A DNA stretch of 18,407 bases, from NCBI GenBank assembly GCA_048939765.1, contig JBHLPF010000051.1:1-18407 (forward strand), read 5' to 3'. Below the pieces are notes generated by a model. That model saw only the letters and a program-made list of their open reading frames with translations. It was not told the origin of the DNA and searched no databases. The DNA is from Promethearchaeota archaeon. Its GTDB lineage: Archaea > Asgardarchaeota > Thorarchaeia > Thorarchaeales > Thorarchaeaceae. Positions 7,619-16,044 of this stretch are shown piece by piece; position 1 is the first letter of the stretch; each line of letters begins with the position of its first letter. The position numbers and the translations under genes were made by a program.

Positions 7619-8785
7619 TCAACTGGGGACGTTGATAGGATAGCTGCCATACTTCTCTCGTACATCCATGACTGCTTCCCATCTATCTAGCGTCACAGAA
7701 GGCACTATGCTGTGTCCGCTGCTGAAGAAGTATCCTCCTCCAGGTGCAATTTCTCGAATCAATTTCTTGCTGTACTCCTTAATTTCAGAGATTTCGCCTG
7801 TGGCTAACAAGACAGGGCTGATATTTCCTACGAAAGTAAGCCTATCACCGTATTTCTCTGCAAGACTGAAAATATCGTAATCAGGATTTGCTGTAGTGGG
7901 TTCAATTGGGTGAATTGCATCAATACCACAATTTGTGATATCATCGAATATCATAGCTAAATCCCCATCTGAATGCAATAGAATCATGCAGTTTCGTTTA
8001 TGTGCAGCATCGCAGATTCGCTTGAGCCAAGGAAGAACATATGTTTTGAAGTTCCGCGGGCTCATAAACAATCCATTTTTGAAACCATAGTCATCCCAGA
8101 TTAGAATAAGCTCAGCACCATTCTCTCCAAGAATTTTCACTAATTCGAGTGCTAGATTCCCTCTATCATCAAAGATCTTCTTTGCCTGTTTGGGTTTGGC
8201 TAAGATACGTGAGAATACTTCAATTCCAAAGGGTTCCCAAGCTGTTTCCATCATCCCACCAATAGCAGGAACAGATAGGATTTCATTGTTCATCTGTTCT
8301 TGAACCTGTTTGCCAGCAAAGAAGGCTGCAAGCCGCCTTTTCTCATGAGGGCTTGGTTGTTTCCATTTCTCATAGTCTTCAAAGCTCTTTAAGTAACCTC
8401 CACGATAGCCTAGAATCAGAGTTCCATCCTCATAATAGTCCACATTCATAATTCTTCCAAACTCGTCTATGTAGCCACCTTCGATACCCTTCCGATATGT
8501 GTGTGTAACATAACTTAGCCCGATGTCGATTTTTGCACGTCGTAGGAGCTCATAGCCATCGACCAAACTCTTGGCAAGCCACTTTTGGCTGGAAAATGCC
8601 ATGTTTGCTAGGCGATCCTTGCCCGGTAATCGCTTTATCGATTCATAACCATCCTTGATACCAGCACCTGGTTCGATTCCATAGTATTTCATGATTGTGT
8701 TGTTTGTGAAAGCACTCTCAAACGCCGGAACTCTGTCAGGCTCCTCATGATTTAGTGCCATCAAAACTCGTGTTGGTGCGTCCAA
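7619..8785 (-). CDS. URO-D/MtaA-CmuA-fold corrinoid-dependent methyltransferase (variant H-S-D...H), 388 aa
   Basis: RVLMALNHEEPDRVP, DEFG, WDDYG....FMSP..F, LHSDGD, GNISP, PGGGYFFSSGHSI. Lacks the HemE RQAGR motif. Lies 5 nt downstream of the corrinoid gene. Confidence 0.87.
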   Translation of the reverse strand: MDAPTRVLMALNHEEPDRVPAFESAFTNNTIMKYYGIEPGAGIKDGYESIKRLPGKDRLANMAFSSQKWLAKSLVDGYELLRRAKIDIGLSYVTHTYRKGIEGGYIDEFGRIMNVDYYEDGTLILGYRGGYLKSFEDYEKWKQPSPHEKRRLAAFFAGKQVQEQMNNEILSVPAIGGMMETAWEPFGIEVFSRILAKPKQAKKIFDDRGNLALELVKILGENGAELILIWDDYGFKNGLFMSPRNFKTYVLPWLKRICDAAHKRNCMILLHSDGDLAMIFDDITNCGIDAIHPIEPTTANPDYDIFSLAEKYGDRLTFVGNISPVLLATGEISEIKEYSKKLIREIAPGGGYFFSSGHSIVPSVTLDRWEAVMDVREKYGSYPINVPS

Positions 8786-8790
8786 TAGTA

Positions 8791-9420
8791 TTATCCCTCC
8801 AAAAGAGCTCTAATGCGTCTCACGCCATCAATAGCGTCTGCACCAAAGTCATCAGCCCCCAACTTCTTGGCAAGATCCATACTGAGGGGTGCACCACCAA
8901 CAATCAGCTTCACATCATCGCGAAGACCCGCCTCTCCAAGAGCCTTGTCAACTTCAGATATCTCGTTAATCGTCATCGTAAGCAGACAGCTCAGTGCTAC
9001 AATTCTGGCACCAGACTCCTTCACGGTTTCAACTATTTTCTCCTTAGGACAGTCCATGCCAAGATCAATAACATCGAAACCACCAGAAATCAACATTGTA
9101 ATCAAGATGTTTTTGCCAATGTCATGATTATCGCCTCTCACCGTAGCCGCAATTACCATGTTTTTCTGACCAGCTCCTTCCGACGAGATATGAGGCTTTA
9201 GCACTTCAAAAGCCTCCTTCATGGTTTCCCCAGCCAGAACTAGTTCAGCAAGGAAGTATTCATGCGATTCATAGAGACGACCGACCTCATTCATGCCGTC
9301 CGTAAGGGCTTTCAAGACGTCCTGAGGCTCAGCACCACGATCGAGTTGCGATTTAACAGCTGCTGCAATGTTATCGATATCAAGCTCGATTGTCATTCTT
9401 GTTATGTCATTAAGACTCAT
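8791..9420 (-). CDS. Corrinoid (cobalamin-binding) methyl-carrier protein, MtaC/MtbC/MtoC-like, 209 aa
   Basis: Cap domain (ALTDGMNEVGRLYESHEYFLAELV), B12 motif GDNHDIGKN (DxHxxG), SCLLT and IVGGAP. Confidence 0.95.
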   Translation of the reverse strand: MSLNDITRMTIELDIDNIAAAVKSQLDRGAEPQDVLKALTDGMNEVGRLYESHEYFLAELVLAGETMKEAFEVLKPHISSEGAGQKNMVIAATVRGDNHDIGKNILITMLISGGFDVIDLGMDCPKEKIVETVKESGARIVALSCLLTMTINEISEVDKALGEAGLRDDVKLIVGGAPLSMDLAKKLGADDFGADAIDGVRRIRALLEG

Positions 9421-9561
9421 ATTCTGTCACTACTCACAATTGCACGATATTTCCTCGACTAATCGGATTCAATGGGAAAACTGCGTAATATTCTTTCAGG
9501 CAGAATGTAGTAAGAGATTAATGGCTTGTTGACGGTTTGATTGGACTTAGGAAGGAAAGAT

Positions 9562-12294
9562 ATGTCAGAGAAACCATTTGGTTCGGGCTACTTCGGTGAA
9601 TGGATTAAGGATGAGTTCGGTCTTCCAGCTTATCGCTATACATGTGACCAGATTAGGGACCCAAAGGCCGTATCACCAATGACTGAGGTCTGGCGGCAAA
9701 ACACCGACCATCTTCATCAGGTTGGAAATGATAGACTTGTCGCCGTGGTTTCAAATTATGGCCATGTACAGGTTAGGCAGGATGAAGGCAGTCCCAAGTT
9801 TCTCAACGATTACGACCCATCAAGGTTTCAATTTGGAGGCGGCATAGGATATCTGACCGATGGAGAATCGTTCCTTAGTACATATTATAATGGTCAGGCA
9901 GATGAGTTTGATCGTATCTTTGGCATGGGTTATTTCAGAAAGACAGTGAAGGACAATTCATATGTTTTAGATCAGGTGATCTTTGCACCATTTGGAGATA
10001 TTCCAGTAATAGTTTCTCAAGTCACAATAGAGAATCATAACACGCAAGCCTGCAATCTCAAGTGGATTGAGTACTGGGGATGTCAACCCTATCAATTCTC
10101 ATTCAAATCGTTCATGATGTCCTTAGCACAGAAAAAGCCCGCCTCAGAGATTCGTAGAGATTTCAGTCGTCGATTTGACCACAAGACAGAGATAATAGCA
10201 CACAATAGGGGTCTGTTGGACTCAAAGCGCTTCAAAGGCAATACTATGAGTGATAAGATTGCATGGAAGGCTTTGAATGCGTACCTATCTACAAAGGGAA
10301 AGCATCTTACAGGAGGCCCCGTTAAACCACCAATCAAAGAAACCGTTCTTGAGGATGAGTCACCTCCTAAAACATTCTTGATTTCCTTGGATGGCCCGGC
10401 AGATGAACTTGGCACTGATGTCATGGAGTTCTTTGGAAATGGAGGTGCAGGCGCTCCGGAGGGAATACACAGACCTTTGTCGATGAAACATTCCACTAGG
10501 GATTCCGAAACAGGACTCCTAATTGAGCGGAGATTTCATCTTGAGCCGGGAGAGAAAAAGACGCTCTATTTCGCCTATGGCTATCTACTAGAAGACATGA
10601 AACTTGAAGCCCTGGTTGCTGAAATTGAGAATGACTACTCGAATCTATTGGCCAAGACATGTGAGCAATGGAGAGCCAACAGGATACAACTCCTCACGGA
10701 TGAGGAATGGGTGGATAGGGAGTTGAGCTGGCATAATTACTATCTTAGAAGTAATCTCACCTTTGACAGCTTCTTCAATGAACATATTCTCTCGCAAGGG
10801 CATATGTATCAGTATATCATTGGAATCCAAGCTGCTGCTCGAGACCCTCTTCAGCATGCACTACCCCTTGTGTTTACTCGACCAGAGATTGTCAAGAATG
10901 TCATTAGATATACACTGAAGACAGTGACTCCTGAGGGGAACATTCCATACGGTATTGTGGGACATGGGATGTATATGCCATCTCCCTGGCGTCCAAGTGA
11001 CCAACAGCTTTGGCTCCTGTGGTTGGCTTGCGAGTATGTTCTTGGTCACCGTGATCTCGAATTCTTAGATGAGGATATCACCATGTATCCGATATATGGA
11101 AAGAGAACAAAACAGGCACGAGTGCGAGATGTGCTTGCGCTCTGCTTCAGATATCTGGTCGATATAAATTCAATAGGAAGACACGGGTTGGCCCGGCTCT
11201 CATATGGTGACTGGAATGACATGGTCGTACATGGATATGTTCCGGAAGAACAGCGTGAAGAGGTGACAGATGCAGGAGAGAGCATGCTGAACGCAGCTAT
11301 GTCCACCTATGTAATGAAACTATATGGCCAATTACTCACGTATATGGGGGAAACGAATCTTGCGCAAGAGTCGCGCGATTTTGCAGAAATGCAACGAGAA
11401 GCAGTGAATAAGCAGTGGAATGGAAAGTGGTTCAAACGCGCATGGCTTAGTAATGATATTGGATGGATTGGTGCTGATGTAATGTGGCTTGAACCACAGC
11501 CTTGGGCAATAATAGGCGGAGCCACGAGCAAAGACCAAGCTGATATTCTTTTGAGATCCATTGACGATCTTGCCAGGTCCTTCTCCAAACATGGGGCAGT
11601 GATTCTTTCCAAGCCTATGGAACAGATGGCAGGAGACCCTGGTATTGGTACAAATGCTGGCGTCTGGCCATCAATAAATGGCACACTAATATGGGCACTT
11701 GCATTGATTGATGGAGGCTTGGCTTGGGATGAGTGGAAGAGAAACTCCTTAGCCAAGCATGCAGAGGAATACCCTGATGTGTGGTATGGTATCTGGAGTG
11801 GCCCAGATACGTACAATTCTGAGTTTGCGGAGCGCCCGGGGCAGACAATTGCAGTAGAGGCGAGAGGAGGAGTACGAGATGCCCTTGAGGAGGAAGAGGA
11901 GGCCGCAGGATTCATGGGAGTTGGGTGGACAGATTTCCCTGTGATGAATATGCATCCGCACGCCTGGTCACTTTATGCAATTGCCAAGTTGATGGGGGTC
12001 GAGTTCAATAACAGAGGCGTTGACTTGGCTCCAACGCTACCCAAAGACGTGTACAAGTTCTCAACACCTCTCCTCGAACTAGAGAAGTCAAAGGAGGGAT
12101 ATTCTGGGAGTTACTCTCCAAAATCCTCTGGACAATGGATAATGACACTGAAACTAGAAAAAGACGAGCTAGATAGTGCGACTGCATTGCTTGTCAATGG
12201 CAGACAGGTCGAAATCATCCGAGATGGCGACAGAATAGTATGGGAGGGCAAAAGCACCTCAGAAGAACCATTGAAATGGGTTTTGAGATTCTAG
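9562..12294 (+). CDS. GH94-like (cellobiose-phosphorylase-related) (alpha/alpha)6-barrel glycoside phosphorylase or hydrolase, about 910 aa
   Basis: HQVGNDR..AVVSNYG N-terminus, AARDPLQ (cf. GFRDxxQD), PSDQQLWL, GRHGLARLSYGDWND (catalytic Asp motif, 11206-11220), GES, WNGKWFKRAW, LEPQPWAI. ATG 9562 follows an AGGAAGGA SD. Confidence 0.8.
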   Translation: MSEKPFGSGYFGEWIKDEFGLPAYRYTCDQIRDPKAVSPMTEVWRQNTDHLHQVGNDRLVAVVSNYGHVQVRQDEGSPKFLNDYDPSRFQFGGGIGYLTDGESFLSTYYNGQADEFDRIFGMGYFRKTVKDNSYVLDQVIFAPFGDIPVIVSQVTIENHNTQACNLKWIEYWGCQPYQFSFKSFMMSLAQKKPASEIRRDFSRRFDHKTEIIAHNRGLLDSKRFKGNTMSDKIAWKALNAYLSTKGKHLTGGPVKPPIKETVLEDESPPKTFLISLDGPADELGTDVMEFFGNGGAGAPEGIHRPLSMKHSTRDSETGLLIERRFHLEPGEKKTLYFAYGYLLEDMKLEALVAEIENDYSNLLAKTCEQWRANRIQLLTDEEWVDRELSWHNYYLRSNLTFDSFFNEHILSQGHMYQYIIGIQAAARDPLQHALPLVFTRPEIVKNVIRYTLKTVTPEGNIPYGIVGHGMYMPSPWRPSDQQLWLLWLACEYVLGHRDLEFLDEDITMYPIYGKRTKQARVRDVLALCFRYLVDINSIGRHGLARLSYGDWNDMVVHGYVPEEQREEVTDAGESMLNAAMSTYVMKLYGQLLTYMGETNLAQESRDFAEMQREAVNKQWNGKWFKRAWLSNDIGWIGADVMWLEPQPWAIIGGATSKDQADILLRSIDDLARSFSKHGAVILSKPMEQMAGDPGIGTNAGVWPSINGTLIWALALIDGGLAWDEWKRNSLAKHAEEYPDVWYGIWSGPDTYNSEFAERPGQTIAVEARGGVRDALEEEEEAAGFMGVGWTDFPVMNMHPHAWSLYAIAKLMGVEFNNRGVDLAPTLPKDVYKFSTPLLELEKSKEGYSGSYSPKSSGQWIMTLKLEKDELDSATALLVNGRQVEIIRDGDRIVWEGKSTSEEPLKWVLRF

Positions 12295-12309
12295 ACGAGA
12301 GGAGCATGT

Positions 12310-13353
12310 GTGATGACCCCACGCGACTTGACTCTTGCAGCAATTGAAGGAATGGCGGAAAGAATCCCGTTTAATCCCTTCATTATGCATTTGGCTGCTG
12401 CAATTAATGGAACGGGGTATAGTGATGTTTACTGTCAGAATGCGTGTGTGCTTGCGGATGCTCAAATGAAATGCGCCAGGACATATGGGATAGACCATGT
12501 CAACGTTTCAACTGATGCCTATCGGGAAGCTAGCGCATGGGGTGTGGAGGTCAATTTCTTGGGCCATACTCCTGTCGCTATGAAGCATCTCGATGGAGAG
12601 CGCTTCCACGAAGTTGACGAGCCAAACCTAGACTCCGCCGAACGTATTCAAGACCGGGTTGAAGCAGTTCGGTTATTGAGAGAAGCTAGCGACAAACACT
12701 GTGTTGTCGGATGGATAGAGGCTCCGTTCGCAGAGATATGCTGCTTGTTTGGTCTAGTGAATGTTCTAAAGCTTGCACGTAGACCTGATTGGAATGAATT
12801 GATTCAAAGACTCATTGAACGAGTGCTTCCAGTTCAGCTTGAATTCGCTAAGATGCAGATTGAGGTTGGAGCGGACATCATCGGTGCAGGTGACTCAGCT
12901 GTTTCCCAGATTGGCCCCAAGCGGTATGAAGAGGTCTGCCTCAGACCTACACAGAAACTCTTCAGGGAGATTAGGAAGCGTGCGCCAGTACTCTACCACG
13001 TGTGTGGTGATAGTTCCGTGATAGACAATGAAGGTCGTGACATGTTGGAACTCGTTACTGACTCAGGAACCTCGGTTCTGGACATAGACTACCAAGTGGA
13101 CATGGCCACAGCAAAGGAGAAGATCGGGGACAGAGTATGTCTTCGAGGGAACACTAACACTTCCATTCTTGGAAATAACATGTATACCGCATCTCAAGTC
13201 AAGAAAATGATAGCTGAAACAATCGAGGCAGGAAAACCAGGCGGGAAGTATATGTTCTCAGCTGGCTGCGAATGGCCTTGGGAACCTCTAGACCTTGCCC
13301 TCCGAGATTTGCAGATAGCAGGAAATTTGGTGAAGAAACTCGGAGAATATTGA
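12310..13353 (+). CDS. MtaA/MtbA (MT2)-like methylcobamide:thiol methyltransferase, URO-D fold (H-V-C...C), 347 aa
   Basis: EASAWG, APF, QIEVGADII..GDS, YHVCGD (12997-13005), RGN, SAGCE (Cys 13267). This is the full His-X-Cys-Xn-Cys zinc motif. GAGGAG SD; start at GTG 12310 or ATG 12313. Confidence 0.87.
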   Translation: MMTPRDLTLAAIEGMAERIPFNPFIMHLAAAINGTGYSDVYCQNACVLADAQMKCARTYGIDHVNVSTDAYREASAWGVEVNFLGHTPVAMKHLDGERFHEVDEPNLDSAERIQDRVEAVRLLREASDKHCVVGWIEAPFAEICCLFGLVNVLKLARRPDWNELIQRLIERVLPVQLEFAKMQIEVGADIIGAGDSAVSQIGPKRYEEVCLRPTQKLFREIRKRAPVLYHVCGDSSVIDNEGRDMLELVTDSGTSVLDIDYQVDMATAKEKIGDRVCLRGNTNTSILGNNMYTASQVKKMIAETIEAGKPGGKYMFSAGCEWPWEPLDLALRDLQIAGNLVKKLGEY

Positions 13354-13354
13354 C

Positions 13355-14527
13355 ATGAATTCACGAGAACGTGTCATGGCTGCATTGAATCACAAGAAAC
13401 CAGATATGGTTCCGTTAGACTTTGGCGGAAACCAGTCAAGTATTCATATTGTAGCATATCGACGACTGCTCGAATATCTCAGTATCGAGGATGACAACAT
13501 TCGCTATAGTGATTTTCTGCAGCAGATTGCTGATCCTTGTGAAGAAGTGCTTGAACGATTTCACATCGACATTCGATGGCTTCGTGCACCATCTTCTTTT
13601 CGACCCGCAAGTTTCGTGCCCGAAGTAGAAGGAAAATTCCAGGGCGTATGGGACCAATTTGGGGTGTTCTGGGGAAATGCTGCAGAAAAGGATCTGAAAG
13701 ATACTCTATACTATGATCCAGTTATTCATCCTCTAGCAGACATGAAGACGGTCAATGAGATTAAAGAACATGAATGGCCCGATGGGAGGGACAGGACCCC
13801 TCTCAAGGGATTGAGAGAACGGGCAAAAGAACTTAGAGAGCACACAGACTATGCCATTGGCACTCCCCCTCTGGGGTGCATCTATGAATATACCACATTC
13901 CTTTTTGGATTTGCAAAAGCTATGAGGCATCTGCAGAAGAATCCAGAACTGATTATCGCAGCCATGGAAGAGCTGGAGAGATATTGGACAGATTATGTGA
14001 CCACATTTCTTGAAGAAGTGAGATTTGGAGATGAGCACTATGTCGACATTGTGTGCAACAATGGAGACTTGGCAGAGCAGGCAGGTCCAATCATGAGCCC
14101 CAAGCGCATCTATGAACCACTAATCAAGCCGATAGAAAAACGGTTCGCACTAAAGGTGCACGAACTAGCTGATATAAAGATGAATTACCACAGCTGTGGG
14201 TCAGTCCCTCATTTCATCCCCCACTTCGCAGAAATCGGTTATGACGCAATAAATCCTGTTCAGGTCGGCGCATTTGATATGGAGCCTTGTAGTCTGAAGC
14301 AACGATTCGGCGATATGATAGCTTTCTGGGGCGGTCTTTGCGACACGCAGAAGACCCTTCCATTTGGTTCCACTGACGAGATTCGTCAAGAGGTCGAACG
14401 CAATATGGCATGCTTGAAACCCGGTGGTGGGTATATTGCCTCAAATATACACAATATAACTGCCGAAGTCCCGCCAGAGAATATTGTCGCTATGTTTGAT
14501 GCCGCCAAGCGAAACAGGTTCTATTAA
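13355..14527 (+). CDS. URO-D/MtaA-CmuA-fold corrinoid-dependent methyltransferase (variant H-S-C...H), 390 aa
   Basis: MNSRERVMAALNHKKPDMVPLDFGG, DQFGV, HPL, GDLAEQAGPIMSP, YHSCGS, INPVQ, FWGG, PGGGYIASNIHNI..EVPPEN. Coupled to the upstream gene by TGAcATG. Confidence 0.9.
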   Translation: MNSRERVMAALNHKKPDMVPLDFGGNQSSIHIVAYRRLLEYLSIEDDNIRYSDFLQQIADPCEEVLERFHIDIRWLRAPSSFRPASFVPEVEGKFQGVWDQFGVFWGNAAEKDLKDTLYYDPVIHPLADMKTVNEIKEHEWPDGRDRTPLKGLRERAKELREHTDYAIGTPPLGCIYEYTTFLFGFAKAMRHLQKNPELIIAAMEELERYWTDYVTTFLEEVRFGDEHYVDIVCNNGDLAEQAGPIMSPKRIYEPLIKPIEKRFALKVHELADIKMNYHSCGSVPHFIPHFAEIGYDAINPVQVGAFDMEPCSLKQRFGDMIAFWGGLCDTQKTLPFGSTDEIRQEVERNMACLKPGGGYIASNIHNITAEVPPENIVAMFDAAKRNRFY

Positions 14528-14625
14528 GCCACGTCGGCACTCTCGAGGACAAAGACGTCATCCAAAATAATGAAATGGGTCCTCGCACAGAGGTTAACAT
14601 AGTTTAATCCAAGGAGTGGAGATGA

Positions 14626-16041
14626 TTGTCCGCATTTGAGGACAGCGCAAGGAAACTGTCCGAATTTGGACTAACGCCCTATGAGGCGAAGGTCTATCTG
14701 GCTGCAGTCAAGCTCGGACCAACCTCTGCAAGCAAGGTTTCCAAGATTGCGAAGATTCGTCGTGAGGAAGTCTATCGAACATTGCCAAAGCTCGAAAAAG
14801 TCGGACTTATAGATCGAATTCTTGGTAGACCCGTTAAGATCAGGGCAATGCCAATCGAGGAGGCTCTCAGCTTCCTGATTAGTCGGAAAGAGGAGCAGGC
14901 AAAACAAGAACTCTCAAACCTCTATTCAATGAGAGAGAATATACTTGATAGTCTGGAGGCAGAACCTGAAGAGATGGATTTGGATGAGGAAATGCATCAT
15001 TTCACATTGATATCTGAAAAGGACGCAGTTTCTGCAAGGACTTCGGCATTAATTAGCAACGCTAGAACTTCAATTGACATAGTAGATTCAGGTGCAGACA
15101 TCGTTCGATTCATACTCAACTATGCAGATGCTCTGGAGAACACAAACAAGCGAGTTGTCAAAGTTCGTATACTGACGGTCTGTCCTGACAAGGAGGAAAC
15201 TATCCCTGAAGCTCTTCAGAAGCATGTTCCAAACAATTCCTTCGATTTGAGATATGTGGAAACACTCCCCAGTCGATATGTTATGGTCGACCGAAAGCAG
15301 GTACTAATCACAACGACACCTGATGGAACATTGTCCGATTTGAAATGCCTGTGGACAGATGACCCTAGCCTTGTAGGACTCATCGAGAGAGACTTCGAGG
15401 AACAATATGCCAAGTCTACGTCCTGGAAAGATTTCAGACTCTCCCCATCTGAGAAGATGACTAGGATTGTGAAACATCTGAGACCAAGAGATCATGTGAT
15501 TCTAATGTACGACTCACTTGAGGCAAAGCGAAACACGCTCTTCAACTACCTTAGATATGGACTGGAAAACGGAGAGGCTGTGAAGTACGTCTGTTCAGAA
15601 GAGTCTCCTAAAGAAATTCGAATGGCTATGCAGAAGTTCGGCATTCCTGTGAGCGAGTACGAGAAGACAGGTGCTCTGGACATAATGAATTACACTGACA
15701 TCTATATCAAAGATGGAAAGTTCAGTGTTCTAGATATTATGGATGCATGGGATAGCTACTACTCAAACGCACTTGCTGAGGGATTCAAGGGTCTGAGAGT
15801 CACTGGAGAGATGTCATGTTTCATGGAACACTCGCTGGTGGACGACTTGATTGAGTATGAGAAAGCGCTCCATACCATTCTTGATATCCCCTTGACGGCA
15901 ATTTGTGCCTATAACTCCGAGACGCTGGCTAGAATAGAAAATCCTTTGGACGTATATTCCGAGCTTGTCAAGGCACATGGTAAAGTCCTTTTTGCCGGCA
16001 AGGACAGCACTGTTGGAAAGGTAGAGATGCGTAAGGCTTGA
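14626..16041 (+). CDS. TrmB-family transcriptional regulator with a C-terminal MEDS sensory domain, 471 aa
   Basis: N-terminal TrmB HTH (LSEFGLTPYEAKVY...IRREEVYRTLPKLEKVGLI...GRP), a coiled coil, and a TrmB effector-like middle (ARTSIDI...VRIL...VMVDRKQVLI...LWTDD). From about 15481, MEDS motifs DHVILMY, GLENGE, GFKGLRVTGEM, LIEYE, ICAYN, AH. TTG start with AGGAGTGG SD. Confidence 0.88.
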   Translation: MSAFEDSARKLSEFGLTPYEAKVYLAAVKLGPTSASKVSKIAKIRREEVYRTLPKLEKVGLIDRILGRPVKIRAMPIEEALSFLISRKEEQAKQELSNLYSMRENILDSLEAEPEEMDLDEEMHHFTLISEKDAVSARTSALISNARTSIDIVDSGADIVRFILNYADALENTNKRVVKVRILTVCPDKEETIPEALQKHVPNNSFDLRYVETLPSRYVMVDRKQVLITTTPDGTLSDLKCLWTDDPSLVGLIERDFEEQYAKSTSWKDFRLSPSEKMTRIVKHLRPRDHVILMYDSLEAKRNTLFNYLRYGLENGEAVKYVCSEESPKEIRMAMQKFGIPVSEYEKTGALDIMNYTDIYIKDGKFSVLDIMDAWDSYYSNALAEGFKGLRVTGEMSCFMEHSLVDDLIEYEKALHTILDIPLTAICAYNSETLARIENPLDVYSELVKAHGKVLFAGKDSTVGKVEMRKA

Positions 16042-16044
16042 CAT

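Noticed and set aside
8791-9420. Methionine synthase (metH) or a methylamine-specific methanogenesis module
   Set aside because: Only the cap and B12 domains are present. No homocysteine- or pterin-binding domain, no MtmB/MtbB/MttB or MtaB gene and no in-frame amber codon were seen.
9421-9561. Known TrmB/TrmBL1 operator (TGM, TATCAC-N5-GTGATA) or a cobalamin riboswitch in the divergent promoter
   Set aside because: Neither consensus is visible. Only a 5-bp inverted repeat (ATTCT-N7-AGAAT) is present, which is expected by chance.
10092-12498. Minus-strand ORFs inside the GH94-like gene, including the 202-aa 11307..11915
   Set aside because: They are antisense shadows of a well-supported CDS with no recognisable domains.
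7619-14527. Annotating the three URO-D-fold ORFs as uroporphyrinogen decarboxylase (hemE)
   Set aside because: None has the N-terminal RQAGR substrate motif. They carry metal-ligand motifs and sit beside a corrinoid protein, with no tetrapyrrole biosynthesis genes nearby.
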